A program made the position numbers and the translations under genes. The notes under the pieces are model-generated. The model was not told where the DNA came from. It saw only the letters and a list, made by a program, of their open reading frames with translations, and searched no databases. From an uncultured Verrucomicrobiae bacterium (lineage in GTDB: Bacteria; Verrucomicrobiota; Verrucomicrobiia; Chthoniobacterales; JAFAMB01): DNA of 64,000 nucleotides. The stretch lies in contig CAWIPH010000002.1 of assembly GCA_963837955.1 (NCBI GenBank), forward strand, positions 2,208,001 through 2,272,000. The letters run 5' to 3'. Positions within the stretch are counted from its first letter, which is position 1, and the number at the start of each line of letters is the position of its first letter. This document shows positions 40,261 through 48,882 of the stretch, in pieces.

Positions 40261-42144
40261 ATGAGCGAACATGTAACAGCTCCCCCCGGCAAAAGACCTC
40301 CGATGACGCCGATCGGTTCGCGTCGTTTCCTGCCCCGGATTGGGTCTCCGGGTTATCACATCCTGCTAAGCGCTGTGGCGATTCTAGTCCTCGGCCCGCT
40401 GGGCGGGATCTCCGCAGCTTTCATGAATTTCTCGATCGGCTTTTTTATTGGCGGTCAGGTGCTCGCAGGAATTCTAGGCAGTGTTGTCACTCTGCCCTAT
40501 GGGCCAGAAGGAAAACATGGCGCCAACTACATCCAAACCATGGCCGCTTCAGTTGCCGGCATGTGCGGCATGGCCGTGCTGGTTCAGGCCATGGTGTGGT
40601 TAGGTTTACCGGAACCCCCTGCCTGGGAACTCGTATTGTTCTTCATGTGTGCTGGCATGTTCGGTGTCGGTATCGGCATGCTTTACACACCGATCCTGGT
40701 TGATCGGATGCAGCTGCCCTTTCCGTCCGGGTTCGCGGTGGCCAACATCCTGCGCGCTCTGACGGACAAAGACTTGCTCAAACGCTCTATTGCCAAGTTG
40801 GGCGGAGGAATGGGTACCGGTTATTTGGTTGGACTGTTCTCGCTGAACGTCCCCTGGTTTGCCCGTTTCGGTTTTCCCGGTCCGCTGCTAGCAACTCTGG
40901 AGAAGGCGAGCATTTCTGCATCCACCTTTGGTGCTGGTTTGATCGTTGGTTCTCGCATTGCGATACCCGGCCTGGTGGTCGCCCTCATCGGTGCCTGGCT
41001 GAGGCCCTACCTGATCACCATTGGTTGGCTCGGACCAAATGATCCGTATCGGAAAATAGGTTTCATCATTTCGCTGGGCACCATTCTCGGTGCGGCCATT
41101 GTCGACATCATTTTGATCATGCTGCAAGCTGCCAAGCGGCTTCGCGAAAAAAACGCCGAACCGTCTCAACCCCAAGCGGACTGGAAGCGGGTCAACATGC
41201 TGGGTCTCGTCGTGTGGATTTTGTTCTGGGGAGCAGCCACGGTGTGGTTCGGTAGTCAGGTACTGCATCAACCAGTACTCTTCCTTGCCGTCGCCGTCGG
41301 CCTTTGTCTCTTGTTCGTCCTGGTTAACGGTATTTCGCTCGGCATTTCGGATTGGAACCCGATTTCCAGCGCGTTTGTGATGACTGTTTTCATCCTGGCC
41401 GCCATGGGGCTCCGTGACCCTGGCGTAGGGCTGCTATGCGCCTCTATCATGCTCATTGCCTGTAGCGAAGGAGGTGACATGCAGCAGGACCGGTCGACGG
41501 GTTGGCGTTTGGGTACCAACCGAATTATACAATTCCGTTACCAGGTTATCGGTATAGCGATGGGTGCGGTGTTGGCGGTAGTGCTGGCCAAGCTTTTCAT
41601 GAGCGCTTACCCGGTCTTGACTCAGGATCAGTTCAGTCATCCAAACCTGGAAGGTGCCCAAAAATGGCAGTCCGCCATGACTTACAAATTTGTCGGCGCG
41701 CTGAAAGGAATCACTACTTCCCAGCCGCATGTCATGATTGCTTTGCAGATTGGTATCGGCCTGGGCCTATTCATTGAAATAGCTCGGAAGTTGATAAAAA
41801 GCCGCCCGCGTTACCAGCGGTTTGCGGCCGGCTCGCGGACCGGTCGTGCCACGGACTTCATCCTGGATGCCGTGCTTTTATCGAGCCCTTATGCATCGTC
41901 GTTCGGCGGATTTGTGGAGTTACCGACCGTGCTCTGGTGGACCGCTGGAGGACTGGCCTCTGCGCTGTTCAACGGGCTCAAGCAAAGATCGGCGGCGCGA
42001 GCGGCCAAATCCGGTCAAGAGGGCGCGCCCAGTCTCCCTCCCGATATGAGTACCACGTCGTTGGTGGGCGGCGGATTGATCGCGGGCGATTCTCTGGCAG
42101 CGCTGACGGTCGGAATTTATGGGCTTCTGACCGCCATTCTTTGA
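40261..42144 (+). CDS. OPT/YSL-family oligopeptide transporter
   Basis: NYIQTMAAS, LPFPSG, SDWNPIS, GDMQQDRSTGWRLG, GGGLIAGDSL; many transmembrane segments. Start uncertain. Confidence 0.88.
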   Translation: MSEHVTAPPGKRPPMTPIGSRRFLPRIGSPGYHILLSAVAILVLGPLGGISAAFMNFSIGFFIGGQVLAGILGSVVTLPYGPEGKHGANYIQTMAASVAGMCGMAVLVQAMVWLGLPEPPAWELVLFFMCAGMFGVGIGMLYTPILVDRMQLPFPSGFAVANILRALTDKDLLKRSIAKLGGGMGTGYLVGLFSLNVPWFARFGFPGPLLATLEKASISASTFGAGLIVGSRIAIPGLVVALIGAWLRPYLITIGWLGPNDPYRKIGFIISLGTILGAAIVDIILIMLQAAKRLREKNAEPSQPQADWKRVNMLGLVVWILFWGAATVWFGSQVLHQPVLFLAVAVGLCLLFVLVNGISLGISDWNPISSAFVMTVFILAAMGLRDPGVGLLCASIMLIACSEGGDMQQDRSTGWRLGTNRIIQFRYQVIGIAMGAVLAVVLAKLFMSAYPVLTQDQFSHPNLEGAQKWQSAMTYKFVGALKGITTSQPHVMIALQIGIGLGLFIEIARKLIKSRPRYQRFAAGSRTGRATDFILDAVLLSSPYASSFGGFVELPTVLWWTAGGLASALFNGLKQRSAARAAKSGQEGAPSLPPDMSTTSLVGGGLIAGDSLAALTVGIYGLLTAIL

Positions 42145-42273
42145 GAGCGCCCGATTGTCTTGCCGTAGCTAAATGTAGGCGGATGCTCCAGCCTCCGAAA
42201 CCGTTGTGATGCGATCTCGCTGCCAACTCAAGGTTTTTTAGCCTTCGGTAATGACGACGTTCGGTAGAAGACT

Positions 42274-42370
42274 TCTTGCGCTCCTTCAGAGCGGACGCGC
42301 ATTTTTTGGGTTACCCGGGGTTGCGCAAAGCCTCCACCCCGGGCTGAGTCCTTTAACGCCTTCGGCGTAC
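42274..42370 (-). repeat. Three-hairpin REP-like half element (family D)
   Basis: Minus strand: CGCCGAAGGCG, TCAG+CCCGGGGT..ACCCCGGG, CGCTCTGAAGGAGCG. Confidence 0.55.
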
Positions 42371-42447
42371 CCGGCTCCCCGGCGTTGGGAGATGTCCGTC
42401 CGCAAAATTTCACATGCATCGGACGATTTCCCGATCTAGAACTCAGC

Positions 42448-43524
42448 GTGCAAGATTTTACGGCAGGCGGCATTAACGCCCTGCGCACTTCATTCGCTTC
42501 GTCGGGCAACGAGGAATTTGACCGGCGAATTCGCGAGCTGGTGAATGATTGGGGTGTTCGGGAAAACCAGGACCTTATTGCGGAGATGATCGTCACGGCG
42601 CTCCGAATGGGTAGTGATGCTGTACCGGTCGCGGATCTCAAGCTGATCAACCGGTCGCTCAAAGAACTGAGACAGGCGGCCAAGGTTTTTGCTCCCTACC
42701 AGGGCGTTCGGAAGGTCGCCGTATTCGGTTCGGCTCGTACCGGAATTGAGGCAACCGAATTTGCAGCGGCAGAGACGTTCGCAGCACGAATGCGTGATCT
42801 CGGTTACATGATCATCACGGGAGGCGGGGATGGGATCATGGGCGCGGCTCAACGAGGGGCGGGCCGAGAGCATAGTTTTGGGCTCAACATTCGACTGCCG
42901 TTCGAGCAGCGAGCGAACGAGATCATCCATGGGGATCCCAAGTTGGTCACGTTCAACTACTTCTTTACGCGCAAACTCAATTTTCTAAAAGAGACGCACG
43001 CGGTCGCCCTTTTTCCAGGTGGTTTCGGCACAATGGACGAAGGATTTGAGTGCCTCACGCTCATGCAGACTGGCAAGGCGAGGATCATTCCAATAGTATT
43101 GGTGGATAAACCGGGCGGCGCTTACTGGAAAACCTGGGCGGATTTCTTACACGCGCATCTACTGGGGGAAGGTTTGATATCTCCGGACGATTTTCATCTA
43201 TTCCGAGTGACCGACAATCTGGATGACGCCATTGCCGAAATTCTGCAGTTTTATAAAAACTTTCATTCGTACCGTTGGGTTGGCTCCCAAATGGTGATTC
43301 GCCTGGAGCGGTCAATCAGCGATGCAGCGATCGAAAAGTTGAATCAGGAGTTTGCCGATCTTTTCGAACGACATCTGCTACACGCGGGTAAACCGCTTCC
43401 GCAAGAGCGCGATGAACCCGAGCTCAGCCGGCTTCCCAGGTTGATCTGTGGACCGCACCGAAGAAATTTCGGCAGGATGCGCCAGCTGATCGACGCGATC
43501 AACTTAGCAGAAGTGGCGCGGTAG
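42448..43524 (+). CDS. LOG family (TIGR00730-like) nucleotide monophosphate nucleosidase
   Basis: VFGSAR, TGGGDGIM, GLNIRLPFEQ, YFFTRK, PGGFGTMDE. Start uncertain. Confidence 0.9.
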   Translation: MQDFTAGGINALRTSFASSGNEEFDRRIRELVNDWGVRENQDLIAEMIVTALRMGSDAVPVADLKLINRSLKELRQAAKVFAPYQGVRKVAVFGSARTGIEATEFAAAETFAARMRDLGYMIITGGGDGIMGAAQRGAGREHSFGLNIRLPFEQRANEIIHGDPKLVTFNYFFTRKLNFLKETHAVALFPGGFGTMDEGFECLTLMQTGKARIIPIVLVDKPGGAYWKTWADFLHAHLLGEGLISPDDFHLFRVTDNLDDAIAEILQFYKNFHSYRWVGSQMVIRLERSISDAAIEKLNQEFADLFERHLLHAGKPLPQERDEPELSRLPRLICGPHRRNFGRMRQLIDAINLAEVAR

Positions 43525-43844
43525 GAGCGCACGGCAACGCCGGGAACGCACGGGAACGCCGACAGCGCCGGGAACGCCGAGAACGCCGGGAACGGCGACG
43601 ACATCGAGAACGCAGAGAATTGTTCGGAAGTCGCCTGCGATCAATTACATCGTGTCGCCGTCTTTGGAATGATCTCCATGCCCACGTTGCTGACCGGAGG
43701 ATACGAACGATTTCGAGAGACGCGTCGCTGAAACGTTTTCGTAGAGTTCCCGGCGCTGTCGGCGTTCCCGCGCGTTCCCGGCGTTCCCGTGCGTTCCCGG
43801 CGTTCCCGTGCGTTCCCGGCGTTCCCGTGCGTTCCCGGCGCTTC
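43521..43844. repeat. Two facing arrays of 9/10-bp units (GGGAACGCC/GGGAACGCAC) between convergent genes
   Basis: Plus-oriented array ~43521-43620; inverted array ~43746-43844. Confidence 0.85.
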
Positions 43845-44111
43845 TTACCGTTGCCCGGTTTGCTCGATGATGTAATCGTGAATGCTATTCACGGACGCGA
43901 GCGCAACCCGGGCTACGTCTGAACTGGGTACTCCGACTCCAAAAGTCTTTTCCATGCTGACCACGAGCTGCAGGGCATCGATCGAATCAAGTCCCAAACC
44001 ATCCGGACCAAAAAGCGGCAGATCATTGCTGATATCTTCTTTGGGAGTACGGAGCATCAAGTTGGTGATCAGCATATCTTTGATCTGCTCCTTCAAATCT
44101 TCTGGCGACAT
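43845..44111 (-). CDS. Acyl carrier protein
   Basis: PLFGPDGLGLDSIDALQL phosphopantetheine site; acidic, 88 aa. Confidence 0.9.
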   Translation of the reverse strand: MSPEDLKEQIKDMLITNLMLRTPKEDISNDLPLFGPDGLGLDSIDALQLVVSMEKTFGVGVPSSDVARVALASVNSIHDYIIEQTGQR

Positions 44112-44210
44112 AAAAAACGTAAAACCCCGGACGGGACCGAATAGATTTGGCGGATTAAATCTTTAATCAAGCGTAAAGTTGCTGCGTAAACTGGGGCCGG
44201 CACTGAAAAA

Positions 44211-44948
44211 ATGTCACCGAGCAAGCGCGTCCGATTAGACAAATTGTTGGTCGACCATGGGTATTTCGACTCCCGTCAACGGGCGCAGCGAGCCATCATG
44301 GCCGGCGAAATATTGGTGGAGGAACGCGTTTCTGATAAGCCTGGGTCTCTTGTTCTGCCGGGCGCGGCGATCCGAGTGACCGCTTTGGAGCGATACGTCG
44401 GCCGTGGCGGGTATAAGTTGGAGGCGGCCTTGGATAAATTTGGTATTGATCCGGCCGGAAAGCGTTGCCTCGATATCGGGGCCTCTACCGGCGGCTTTAC
44501 CGATTGCCTGCTCCAACGCGGCGCTAACGAGGTGGTAACCGTGGATGTCGGACACAACCAGCTGGCTTGGAAAATTCGATCTGATTCACGCGTGAAAGTT
44601 TTCGAAGGGGTCAACGCACGTTTCCTTTCACCGGAGCGCTTTGGTGCGAACTTTTGCTTGGCTGTCGCTGATGTTTCATTTATTTCGCTCACTCTAGTGT
44701 TAGCACCCATGTTTGCATGTTTGGAGAAAACCGGTGAAATCGTGATACTGATCAAGCCGCAATTTGAGCTGGATGCAAAACGGGTCGACAAAGGTGGGAT
44801 CGTGCGTGATGAGGCAAACCGCTCAGCAGCAGTGGAAAAAATCAGGAACTTTGTGACCGGCGCACTTGGTCGGCAGTGGCTTGGCCTGATCGAGTCGCCG
44901 ATTCTCGGAACCAAGGGCAACCAAGAGTTTTTGGCATGGCTTCGCTAA
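44211..44948 (+). CDS. tlyA: TlyA-family RNA methyltransferase
   Basis: S4 domain RLDKLL, YVGRGGYKL, LDIGASTGGFTD, DVSFISL, IKPQFE, SPILGTKGNQEFL. Confidence 0.95.
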   Translation: MSPSKRVRLDKLLVDHGYFDSRQRAQRAIMAGEILVEERVSDKPGSLVLPGAAIRVTALERYVGRGGYKLEAALDKFGIDPAGKRCLDIGASTGGFTDCLLQRGANEVVTVDVGHNQLAWKIRSDSRVKVFEGVNARFLSPERFGANFCLAVADVSFISLTLVLAPMFACLEKTGEIVILIKPQFELDAKRVDKGGIVRDEANRSAAVEKIRNFVTGALGRQWLGLIESPILGTKGNQEFLAWLR

Positions 44949-45799
44949 CGGTAGGTATTTATGCCCACTGGCGAAAGCCAGGCGCGGCGGAATCGCTAAG
45001 GGAGCTCTACCAAGCGCTCTCGCGCGAGGGAATTAATGTGTTGCTCGAAGCGAGGGCGGCGGAATTCGTAGGCCAGAAAGGGCAACCACTCGAGCAGATT
45101 CGCCATCAGGTCGACCTTTTCATAACGCTAGGTGGTGACGGAACTTTGCTTCGTTTAGTCCGAGACCTTCAGGGAGAATTGAAACCGATCGTTGGGATCA
45201 ATTTCGGTTCACTTGGATTCCTTACTGGATTTGGTGGTCCCGGTTTTTCCGAAGCAGTCAGCGCGTTAGCCAGCGGGGCCTATCGAGTCGAGGAGCGTAC
45301 CCTCTTGCAGACGGCGATCGAAACGGGCCATGCCAGCGTTCTTACTTCGCTGGGCCTAAATGATGTCGTGGTCAGGGGGGGTGAGCGATCGCGATTGGTG
45401 CAAATCGCTGTGACCATCGATGAAACTTTTTTGACGGAATATAATGCTGACGGATTGATAGTGGCGACAGCTACCGGTTCGACCGCCTACTCCCTGTCAG
45501 CCGGAGGCCCGATTGTTGCCCCGAATTCCGGCGTTTTTGTAGTCACGCCGATTTGTCCCCATGTCTTAACCAATCGCTCAGTGGTTGTGGCCAACAGTTC
45601 CGTGATTCATTTGGAACCGAGCCGCGGAGATCAACCCTTATTTCTCAGCGTGGATGGACAGGAATCTACACTATTCCATCCCGGTGATTGTGTCACTGTT
45701 CGGAAGGCGAGCGTCACCTTGCCATTGGTTTTCCCGAAGGACCTTAGCTTCGCGGATGTTCTGCGAACGAAGCTGCGTTGGAGCGGGAGCGCGATATGA
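44936..45799 (+). CDS. nadK: NAD(+) kinase
   Basis: GGDGTLL, GINFGSLGFL, LNDVV, DGLIVATATGSTAYSLSAGGP, PICPH. Confidence 0.95.
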   Translation: MASLTVGIYAHWRKPGAAESLRELYQALSREGINVLLEARAAEFVGQKGQPLEQIRHQVDLFITLGGDGTLLRLVRDLQGELKPIVGINFGSLGFLTGFGGPGFSEAVSALASGAYRVEERTLLQTAIETGHASVLTSLGLNDVVVRGGERSRLVQIAVTIDETFLTEYNADGLIVATATGSTAYSLSAGGPIVAPNSGVFVVTPICPHVLTNRSVVVANSSVIHLEPSRGDQPLFLSVDGQESTLFHPGDCVTVRKASVTLPLVFPKDLSFADVLRTKLRWSGSAI

Positions 45800-46263
45800 T
45801 TCGGATCAGCGAAATCCTTCTTCCGGAACACATCCTCCTTGATTTGGCTACGCCAACTCGAGAAGAAGCCGTTCGGATGGTAGCCGAATCGCTTCGGGGC
45901 GACAGTCGAATCGCAGATTGGCCCCTTTTCCTCAAAACACTTTCCGAGTCCGAACGAAGCGCACAGACCAATTGCACCCTCGGTCTGACCATTCCGCATA
46001 ACCGAACCGATGCGGTCACCAGCATGGTGATGGCATTGGGCAGGTTGAAGACGCCGGTAAAGGCGGCGTCCGTGGAAATCCGCTATATTGTGATCATCGG
46101 GATTCCCGAGACGATGGATGCGGAATATCTCCGATTGGTAGGCGTCTTGATGCGAGTCTTTCGCGATGATCGGTTCCGGGCTACCCTCGATTCCGCAACT
46201 AAACCTCAAGCTGTTCTCAAAGTTTTTGAAGAAGCAGAGACCAAGTTGGTTCGGGAGGAATAG
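45796..46263 (+). CDS. Stand-alone PTS IIA (Fru/Ntr-type) domain protein
   Basis: ISEILLPEHI, GLTIPH phospho-His motif, YLRLV; ATGA coupling to nadK. Confidence 0.8.
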   Translation: MIRISEILLPEHILLDLATPTREEAVRMVAESLRGDSRIADWPLFLKTLSESERSAQTNCTLGLTIPHNRTDAVTSMVMALGRLKTPVKAASVEIRYIVIIGIPETMDAEYLRLVGVLMRVFRDDRFRATLDSATKPQAVLKVFEEAETKLVREE

Positions 46264-46365
46264 TCGATAGTCAAGAACACTGACGGTTCGGAATGGTACC
46301 GGCGACCAGCCTCCCCGAATCGGCTATCGCAGCGGCGACGCGTCCGACGAAGCATATGGTGATAG

Positions 46366-46484
46366 TTCGAATTGCCAACGAAGAGAATCGCGAAGTCGGA
46401 AGCCGCGATTCAAGATAGCCTAGCCTGCAGGGCTAGGAATAGACATATAGAGATGGGCCAGCGCTGAAAGCGCGGCTCAGTTTA
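46366..46484 (+). repeat. REP-like family C, half element
   Basis: GATAGCCTAGCCTGCAGGGCTAGG and CAGCGCTGAAAGCGCGGCTC are shared with 48770-48863 (inverted) and 58360-58445. Confidence 0.8.
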
Positions 46485-46517
46485 GTACAGAAATTTGAAG
46501 TACGTTTTGAGCATACC

Positions 46518-47027
46518 ATGCAAGAGCCGGAACGTTTTTCCGAATTGAAGATCCGATTGGCCATTTCGGACGATTGGCCGATGATCTGGAAGATTTTTCG
46601 ATCCGTTGTACAGCGAGGTGATACCTATGCATTCTCGCCGGACCTGGATGAGCAGAGTGGCTTAAAGAGCTGGTACAGCGCCGGTGCCAAAGTCTTCGTT
46701 GCAGAAGCTAACGGCACAGTTGTGGGCACCTTTTTCATCAAACCAAATCAGCCTGGTCTTGGATCGCACGTGGCGAATGCCGGATTCATGGTAGACCCCG
46801 AGGCGCATCGAGGTGGGATTGGTAGGACAATGGCTGAATACGCCCTGGTTTGGGCGAAAGAGCAGGGGTACCAAGCAATGCAATTCAACTTTGTTGTCTC
46901 GACGAACTTGGGAGCGGTGGCCCTCTGGAAAAAGCTTGGGTTCATCACAATCGGAACGGTTCCCAAAGGATTTCGTCACGCTCAACAGGGTTATGTCGAC
47001 GTGTACATCATGCATCGGGAGTTGTGA
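46518..47027 (+). CDS. GNAT family N-acetyltransferase
   Basis: GDTY, PNQPGLGSHVANAGFMV, GGIGR, AMQFNFVVSTN..AVALWKKLGF. Confidence 0.9.
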   Translation: MQEPERFSELKIRLAISDDWPMIWKIFRSVVQRGDTYAFSPDLDEQSGLKSWYSAGAKVFVAEANGTVVGTFFIKPNQPGLGSHVANAGFMVDPEAHRGGIGRTMAEYALVWAKEQGYQAMQFNFVVSTNLGAVALWKKLGFITIGTVPKGFRHAQQGYVDVYIMHREL

Positions 47028-47282
47028 GGGGTTGGGGAGGATGTGACTGGCAGCTTAGCCGCAATAATCGTCCTCGTGCTCGTCGTCGTCCTCGAACGAG
47101 CCGGAAGAAGACCCAACGCAATCGAGGGCTACCTAGATGTATTTCCAACGCGGTATTTATTTCCGGGGTAAAGACAAGAACGGGCCCTTCCCAGAGCAGC
47201 CTGTCGGACTTCGTTTGATCAAATTTGATGGGTAGGTTTTCAGCGGCGAAGCCGCGGTTCAAGATAGCCTAGGGCGAAGCCC

Positions 47283-48646
47283 CATAAGCGTTAACTTGTT
47301 TTGACTACTGTGTCGTAGAACTTTTGTTCTTGTGCTTTTCGCATTCGAGGGGGCTCGGCCAACTGATCAGCAATGTCGGCCCAATTCTCAATGAGATGGC
47401 GCAGCGAAAGGGCTGGCTGGAGGGCGTGGGCGAGCTGATGAAAGGCGAACAAAAACTCTCGCCATCGACTAGCACCTGGCCTGGATTTGGAAGCTGTAGC
47501 CCCAGGGGGAAAGCGCGCTGGCATGCTGGATAAGCTTCTCGGTTAGTAGAGCGACGAATAATTTGCCATAAAGCCAAGCTTTGGCGCTCTCCTGGTCATA
47601 CTTTGGAAGATGGCCCAGTTGAGCGATTTGCTTGAAGCGCTTAAAGACCAGTTCGATTTGCCAGCGGAAGCGGTAGGACTCAAGAATCAATTCTGCAGGG
47701 AATGTTTCTGGGGGGAAGGTCGTTAGAACCATCACAAAATTGGCATAGAGCAGCGTTTGGGGTTGCAAGGCTGCACCTTGTTTACTGGCTCTGCGCCGGA
47801 GCTTTTTCTGAGCCCTGGCCGCAGCGGCTTGGCTTTTTCGAATCACACAAAGCCGGGCGGCTAGGGCAGGATGAGCCTCCAAAGGCAGCCAGACTTTCCA
47901 TTGAGTAATTTGGCCTGTTTTGGTGATTGACTCTAGCCGCTGTGCTAGTTCCAGAGCGGCGCCGGTCTCTGTTTGCAACCGAATACCGTCGGGATTAAGG
48001 CGCGCCGTGACGTAGGCCTTCTTACTGGCTGCAAAGTGTATTCCAGGGGCTTGGCAATAACCCCGATCAGCCAAAATGTAGTCCTGTGGGCGAAGTGGAA
48101 AGTGGCGCAGCGATTCGCCGTTTCCCTCTCCCTCTACCGCGGTAATCTTAAAATAGTCGCACTTCAGTGTCGGCCACCGCAGGCTGTAATGGATGCGCCA
48201 CAGACTACCGGTCTTGCCGGGTTCCTTTACCAGCGTCGAATCGATCAAGCGCAGCCCCTGCTTGCTGGGAGCGCCGGCTTGAAGCCCTCGCTCCTCAAAC
48301 AAAGCCTGGCAAAGCTGTTGCAGCCAATCCTTGCTCTTACGCAGCCGCTTAAAGAGCGCTACGGCTGAAAGTTGGGCTAGTTTGGCTTGCTTGGCTCGAA
48401 CCACGGTCTCGCGCATCGAAAAACCGCATCCTATATGCAACAGCAGCACCCGAAGCAGATGCTCCTCCGATTTATCCTGCCGCAGACCCTTCAGCGCACC
48501 GCTCTGCTGAGCCATGTCCTTCCAGTTGGAGGGGAAAAACGAGACCAGCAAATCCCAATCCTCATCTACCGCATTGCCACTCTGCATGCCCCGAAAGAAT
48601 ACCAGAGTGCATCCGCTAAGCGCAACAAAACAAGTTAACGCTTATG
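47283..48646 (-). mobile_element. Complete IS4-family insertion sequence (IS231 group, IS186-like), 1364 bp
   Basis: Perfect 21-bp TIRs CATAAGCGTTAACTTGTTTTG; 11-bp direct repeats GGGCGAAGCCC at 47272-47282 and 48647-48657. Confidence 0.95.
47469..48587 (-). CDS. IS4-family DDE transposase
   Basis: LIDST, LADRGY, YREK-type motif YRFRWQIELVFKRFK; 372 aa. Confidence 0.95.
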   Translation of the reverse strand: MQSGNAVDEDWDLLVSFFPSNWKDMAQQSGALKGLRQDKSEEHLLRVLLLHIGCGFSMRETVVRAKQAKLAQLSAVALFKRLRKSKDWLQQLCQALFEERGLQAGAPSKQGLRLIDSTLVKEPGKTGSLWRIHYSLRWPTLKCDYFKITAVEGEGNGESLRHFPLRPQDYILADRGYCQAPGIHFAASKKAYVTARLNPDGIRLQTETGAALELAQRLESITKTGQITQWKVWLPLEAHPALAARLCVIRKSQAAAARAQKKLRRRASKQGAALQPQTLLYANFVMVLTTFPPETFPAELILESYRFRWQIELVFKRFKQIAQLGHLPKYDQESAKAWLYGKLFVALLTEKLIQHASALSPWGYSFQIQARC

Positions 48647-48882
48647 GGGCGAAGCCCTAGGAACAAGAATAAAAAGCGGTTCCAGCGCTGAAGGCGCGTG
48701 GCAAGCACCGAATCCGCGAGCGTCAAACGTTGTATGACCATCGTCAAAATGCCCGCATCGCTTCGATTTAAACCGAGCCGCGCTTTCAGCGCTGGCCCAT
48801 CTCTCTATATGCCTATTCCTAGCCCTGCAGGCTAGGCTATCCTGAATCGCGGCTTCGCCGCTGCGAGCCGATCGTTCGCCAC

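Larger units (their letters stand above)
47241..48863. repeat. REP-like family C full element, interrupted by the IS
   Basis: Ends CAGCGGCGAAGCCGCG and CGCGGCTTCGCCGCTG; removing the IS restores a unit homologous to 58360-58585. Confidence 0.8.

Noticed and set aside
46366..48863. Composite transposon carrying the GNAT gene
   Set aside because: The IS has its own TIRs and target duplication that exclude the GNAT; the bracketing inverted copies are abundant family C repeats.
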